Origin: Dimorphilus gyrociliatus
Lineage: Eukaryota > Animalia > Annelida
NCBI GenBank assembly: GCA_904063045.1
Contig: CAJFCJ010000006.1
Location: 62,001 to 126,000 of the forward strand
Direction of reading: 5' to 3'
Length of the DNA stretch: 64,000 bases
Shown here: one piece after another, positions 58,326-64,000 of the stretch
Layout of the letters: each line of letters opens with the position of its first letter
Position numbering within the stretch: the first letter of the stretch is position 1
Position numbers and translations under genes: made by a program
The notes under the pieces: generated by a model
Told to the model about the DNA's origin: nothing
The model's database searches: none
What the model saw: only the letters and a program-made list of their open reading frames with translations

Positions 58326-59207
58326 TATACTCAAAAATGCTGATACGTTTTAAGCTTTCTCAGACATTTGTTAATAATTAGAAATAATAAAAAATAGAAT
58401 TAAATTTACATGCTAAGTTTCATAATCAAATTTTTAACTACTTATTTCTATGGATTAGATCTATTTCTGGGAAGAAATACTTTATTAGTTTATGCAGGCA
58501 AGATCAAAGAATACACATTCATTTAAATTTACTTCTACGACACTGCAAAGTCGGCAGAATTCTTTACGTTTAAGAAGTTTTTCTCCCGTGGGAAAATGTC
58601 AAGAAATGGGCTTAACTCACAACCGTGATAAGGAATTATTTATGAGATAAGAAACTTGGAAAGACAAAATAAAGCGATCTATTGAAATCCCCACCGGTGA
58701 TTATAATTTGATTTATTAATTAGTAATCATCCTAATTGATACCTTTAAGCCTCCTATTGACTTTATACCCTAACCCAACTATTTTTATTTACGAGGATCA
58801 ATGTTTCTATTTTAATCTATCTAAACATAGCTACTCTAAGTAAACTAATTGTTATATAAAGAATGAACTAAACAGAGAAAGACTATTTTATAGTATCTTA
58901 GCTCTTCTCACTCAGAATGACAATTGACCTAGTGAGTTGTTAAATCACGTTCCCACTCTCGTCCTAAGTTAATATTGAACTGTTATTTTATATATACCTT
59001 TCATTAATGACAAGAGTTTCAAAAAATTTGATTGAATTAATCAGAATCGAAATAATTAATACACATATATCTTAAATTATGATATTATATAGCATCAAGA
59101 TGGTTCTAGGTGGCACTAAGGGTTATCTCTTTATCTTGTGAGTAGTGTCAGCTTAAAAATTCATTTCATATTATACATGCATATAATATTTCACTTGAAT
59201 ATAAGAA

Positions 59208-59595
59208 ATGGCGAAAAATAAGACCAAAAAAGCGACTCTTATGAACAGCGGTTATAAACCTCTATTAATTTGTAAGCATTAAATTATTCAATCAGAAATA
59301 CTTCGATGTATATCAACTGCTTATTTTTTTTTCAGTCTCATTTTCTATATTTTTCGTTCTTGTAACATTCATTTTATGCTTCAGCCAACAGTTAAAGAAT
59401 GGTTTTCGGTACCAAAACTTTAATCTTACCTTGCATTTCCAACCTCACTATTTATCCGGAACGTATATTATCACTTTCTATGTAGGGGCCATTTCTTTCT
59501 TTGGATCTATGGTTATGGCTTTCTTGGTCTACTGGGCACTCTCTGATGCTGAAGATAACTTAAGCGAAAGAAGGAGAGGATTCCTAGTTAGTTGA
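59208..59595 (+). CDS. Small orphan membrane protein, 107 aa, two TM segments (exons 59208-59271, 59336-59595)
   Basis: Strong GTAAGC donor and T-rich CAG acceptor, phase 1 matches; open frame with two hydrophobic stretches. Not in the ORF track. Confidence 0.65.
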
Positions 59596-59938
59596 ATTTG
59601 AAAGTTTTACTGAGGGAGATTTTTTTCTTCTACTATTTGCTCGCTAATAACTTAATTGAAAGTCTATTTTAATTTTATAAGTTAAGATTGAAATACACAG
59701 TTGAACGTACTTTTCTCATATGAAATTTATATCGTATTCATAGTTGGTCAAAAGCTTAGTTTATTGTGAAAGAGACATTAAAATGGCTTAGAATTATGAA
59801 ATTCAAGTAGATATTCTTTGACTCTTAAATATTCTAGAAAATATGATTCATCGTTTAGACTACGGTGTCCAAATTTCTTGTGCCGGTAGAATCAGCCAAA
59901 TAATACTTACATTGTATCAAAAAAAAGATACAATCACT

Positions 59939-60650
59939 ATGTCTGATCTACAAATATGTAGTTTAGCTTACGAAGGAAAAACTCAACTGTTTCAGCAGAT
60001 TCTGAATGAAAATCCCCAGTTGGCTGTTAAAAAAGATCAGGTATATAAAACGACTGGGCGATAATTCAGACTTAACTTGTTTACATTCTTCTCAGTCAGG
60101 GCGAACAGCTTTACATTGGGCCTGTTCCGGAGGACATCACCGTATAGCTGAAATCTTAATAAATAACTATCATGTTAATATTGAAGAAGGAGACGATAGT
60201 GGGTGGACACCTCTGATAATTGCTGTTTCTGCTGGTAGGGAGGAAATTGTTGATTTGCTTTTACAATGTGGAGCAGATGTCAACACTACAAACAGTACTG
60301 GGCAATGCTCACTTCATTATGCTGCTTCAAAAAATCGAGAAACAATTGTTAAAAAGCTAATTGAGAGAAAAGCCGATGTCAATGTTAGAGATTGCGTTAA
60401 TAGCACTCCTCTCCATAGGTCAGCATCTAAAGGAAATTCAACAATAACAAAACTCCTTATTGAATCCAGAGCAACACTGAACCCTCAAGATACGGGTGGA
60501 AATAGTCCGTTACACGCAGCTTGTGAAGAAGGCCGCTCAAACGACGTAAAACTTTTAATTGACGCTGGAGCAAATCCATATTTAAAAAATAAGGACGAAC
60601 AGACACCGCATGACATTGCTGCTAAGAGTGTTATAAACTTACTTAGTTAA
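59939..60650 (+). CDS. PSMD10: 26S proteasome non-ATPase regulatory subunit 10 (gankyrin), 2 exons (59939-60040, 60096-60650)
   Basis: ICSLAYEGK, RTALHWACSGG, GWTPLIIAVSAGR, LHYAASKNR, PLHRSASKGN, PLHAACEE ankyrin repeats. Confidence 0.93.
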
Positions 60651-60951
60651 ATCTTTTACTTGAATGAAAAATAAAAGCGAAAAGTAACTCTTTTTTCTTG
60701 ATCACTTATAATAACACTTAGTACGTGAATACTCGACTGAAAATTCAATCGCACCTTAATACAGCAATTTAGAGTAATCAATATAGATCAAACTAGTTTT
60801 TCTGAATTGTTAACACAACGTTAAATAACCTTCGTCGAATTGCCATATTTACATAAGACCGAAAACGGTAGTTTGATCGAGCGACAGTTTCCATTCAACT
60901 TCAAAGTCTTGCTGTATATATTTTCGGAGAATAACCTTATCAATCTATATT

Positions 60952-63762
60952 ATGGCGGTTTACCAAGAATCTTTGAGGAAGAGTATGCTAAAACGACTAC
61001 GTGAAGATGTTTATATGAGTATTTATAATCAGCCAAGGAAAAAGACTTTACCACCTATCAATAAATCACCGAGAAAATCTAAGAAAGTTTTCAATTTAAT
61101 ACCAAATTTAATAGTTCCCGAAAACCAAGAAGAAGAAAATTTCAATACGGATAATGATTATAATCTTTCAATGCTTCGAACTTTATCAATGTCCTCCGCT
61201 TCTTCTTCTGCTTCAAACGTCACACAACTTAAAAATCTTGATAGATTAGAATTTCAAAGGTAAAATCATTCTATACAAATTTAAAGGGTTTAACGAAATA
61301 TTGACTATCTATTTTACTTTATGAAATTGATTTTAGGTCAAATCTCAGCCGACATATATCGGTTGATTCTTCAAACCACTCAACCCTAAATCATAGTTTA
61401 AGTTTGTCAAAAAGGCAACTTAATCGTAGGAAAAAACAGCAAATGTTGGGGGCAAAATTTCGCAGACTAAGTCATTTTCTTGTTGTATTATTCAGTGTTT
61501 GGAAGCAACATAGAGAGAGGTACAATATTAGTTTTCTTTTTTTGTGCCAAATACCCTAATGTCTTATAATAAAATATTAATGAATCATTTTTAAAAGAGT
61601 AAAAAAATTTATGGAAAATAATGTGGATATGGTCGATGTTGAATCCAAAAAAGATTTACTCTTTGACGTTACAGCATTTAAAATTGACAGCCAATTGAGA
61701 GTATCGAACGCAACTAGGAGAATATTGGCGAAGGATCCAAGCTCTAGAACAAAAGACGAACTTCATTATGTTAGCTGAACCAATTTTATTATCGCCTTTA
61801 AGGTCACTTTTATAAAATATATATTTGATGCAGTTGTTAGTAGCCTTAAGAAATTATGAAGCTATCTCTGAATATCCTGTCAGAATACAGAAAATGATGG
61901 CAGCAAGAGCTTGGTATGAAAGGTTATTAATTTTCTTCAATTAAGGACAGTATCCATCCAACTATTTATTTTTTAATTAACAGATACGATTCAAAAAGAG
62001 TAATTATACGTCAAGGTCATGTTGCTAAATGTTATTATTTTATTCTATCAGGATCGGGTAAATAAAAAATTATTGTCAATATTTTCCCTATATTAGTTGA
62101 TTTATGAAATAAATTGCTATTTAAAAGTTGTCGTAACTAAAATGGAAAATGAAACCGGACATTCCAATACCGTCTGTTTTATAAATCGGGGAGATTGCTT
62201 TGGTGATATTGGTATTGCTAATCAGGAAAGGCGTTTAGCTACAGTTATCTCAAAAGAGAGCATTGAACTTTTAGTATTCGATGATGAAGATTTTGTTGAA
62301 ATATTTATGAGTGGTGGCTTAAAGAATACAGACGATCCATTCTTTAGGTATGCATATATCAAATTGAAAACTATTTACTTTTTCTTATTATTACAACTAT
62401 TTTCTTCAACCAATCGACTTTATAATTCCTCTTACACTTTTTGTTTGTTTAACAGTAGTGTCGATTGTTTGAACGGATGGCCTGTTCATTTACTTGCCGA
62501 AAATAAGCATAATGCTATGTTGTCTTATTTCAAGTTCGTCAATCTCGTATCGAATTTTATTATACTATATAAATATAGTTAATTTGTTTCTATTTCCCGA
62601 TAATTCCCGTTTGTTATCGTATTTTTTTTAGAAGAAAAACCGTTCTTATTCACGACAGCAAAATCTCTGATTGGATTTGTATTGTGAAATCGGTACAATA
62701 TTTTGATTGAAAACTCTATCAGAAATATACTATTTTTGGATTTTAATTTTACACAGGGCAGTTGTACAGTATTGAAAAAATTAAACCCAGTGACAACCGT
62801 TTTTAGAAGTAAAATACAAGCCAAACCTAGCATAGGTAACATCTATAGCAAATATATAGGCCTAGTAATGGTAAATGAAATCTTCAGGGGATAGCAGATC
62901 TGTCTTAAGCCAACACAAGCTCCTAATAAACCAAGGATTTAAACGGCATGAGGATTATTTGGAGAGAACGATTAGCCTTAAAAATAGGATAAGGAGCTTA
63001 AGAGATCTCGATATTCCATGGTTGAAAGCAATGGTCATAAGAGAACAGGTAAAATTAACTTTATTTACCAATTTTCATACCTTTCCAATTGCATCAGAGT
63101 GCTAAGGCCGTGATCTCAAGGGACGGAAATGCTTTTCCTACGCAGGTATAATTAACATATTAACATGTTAAAGAACTATTGAAAATTGTTTTAAAAAATA
63201 TTAAGGGTCCCTTTTTGAGTCAAACTGGACAGAGGAAAGAAGCGAATATGTTGGAAATTTTTAATGAATCAGCTAGTCCTGAAGGAAGTAAGAAAACTCT
63301 CATTGACTCACTTAATAGTCAATACATGAATGTGGGTATCTTATACACTTTTCTTTCTTAATGAATTTATTTGTTTCCTTTCCGAAGTCACAGAATAATG
63401 ATGATAAGGATAGGGCTACAGTGTTCGTTAGGGTTCAAGTATTAACAAAAGGGAATGTTTTTGTAAGTGAATTTAATAATTCAAGTATAGTTTTTAATTA
63501 ATAACTATTTAAGGGTCTCGCTGATCTTATTCACGGGGAACAGACTAGTCTTACTTTGGTTAGCAATGGAACAGAATGCATTTTAATTAACAAAAGGTTT
63601 TATATGGAAAATTTAAATCAAGCTCTCTGGAGGAGGCTTCGAAGAGAACTCTGTCCTTATCCAACAGATAATGAGCTGCTAGAGGCTTTTTATTCTTATA
63701 TGAAATGGCGTAAGAATAAGAAAAAGGAGTTTCAACGAACTCTGCAATTTATCAAAAGATAA
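60952..63762 (+). CDS. Cyclic-nucleotide-binding domain protein (CNBD1/2-like), multi-exon
   Basis: KRVIIRQGHVAKCYYFILSGS, GDCFGDIGIANQERRLATVIS and a second degenerate domain DWICIVKSGSC; many short introns. Confidence 0.75.
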
Positions 63763-63911
63763 TAAAGTTTAAGTTATTTTGAATATTCGAAATAAATTTG
63801 AAACTAAATTAAATTAAATAAATAATAATCAAACATTTTACAAGTCTATTCTTTCGCTCATAAGTTTTTGTCACTATTTCAATATCTCCAGTAAGAAGGA
63901 AATATAAGTAG

Positions 63912-64000
63912 ATGGATATTGACGAGGCATTCGTCAAAATTGGACAATTTGGCTCACACCAGAAGAAATTATTTGCTTTACTAGCAATACAAAAAATATT
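63912..64000 (+). CDS. Start of an SLC22-family transporter (SLC22A15-like), truncated by the window edge
   Basis: MDIDEAFVKIGQFGSHQ resembles the SLC22 N-terminal motif (DxLxxVGxFGxxQ; SLC22A15 MEVEEAFQAVGEMG). Confidence 0.6.
   Translation, partial: MDIDEAFVKIGQFGSHQKKLFALLAIQKI

Noticed and set aside
58492-58650. 52-aa small ORF after FAM185A
   Set aside because: No motif, homology or splice support.
56367-64000. Five co-oriented genes with gaps as short as 149 nt, suggesting an operon
   Set aside because: An AATAAA follows the CNBD stop, functions are unrelated, and nothing in the sequence shows trans-splicing; general compaction suffices.

Overview
Eukaryotic DNA from a compact, AT-rich (about 70% by eye) invertebrate genome with many 50-90 nt GT-AG introns. 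Gene content suggests a lophotrochozoan; the miniature annelid Dimorphilus is my unverified guess. I found no prokaryotic systems, CRISPR arrays, rRNA or tRNA. Genes in order: tyrosine decarboxylase (5' partial), a head-to-head pair of MGAT3/GT17 glycosyltransferases, a decayed PKA regulatory-subunit pseudogene, a C-type lectin/mucin/8x sushi membrane receptor, a short cyclin A/B-like gene, a K2P channel, a GALNT-like probable pseudoenzyme, a chymotrypsin-like protease, HS3ST, an ADAMTS with a nested antisense monoglyceride-lipase-like gene, APEH, a selenocysteine thioredoxin reductase with SECIS, an allatostatin-A/buccalin-type neuropeptide precursor, FAM185A, a 107-aa orphan membrane protein, PSMD10, a CNBD-like gene and the start of an SLC22 gene. 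Best leads: the nested Ser-to-Gly pseudo-lipase, an ADAMTS that appears to lack a prodomain, a candidate myristoylated TrxR N-terminal exon, the GALNT pseudoenzyme, and dispersed TA-C(A/T)G-TA Tc1-type excision footprints. All exon models were built by hand from splice signals and reading-frame phase.
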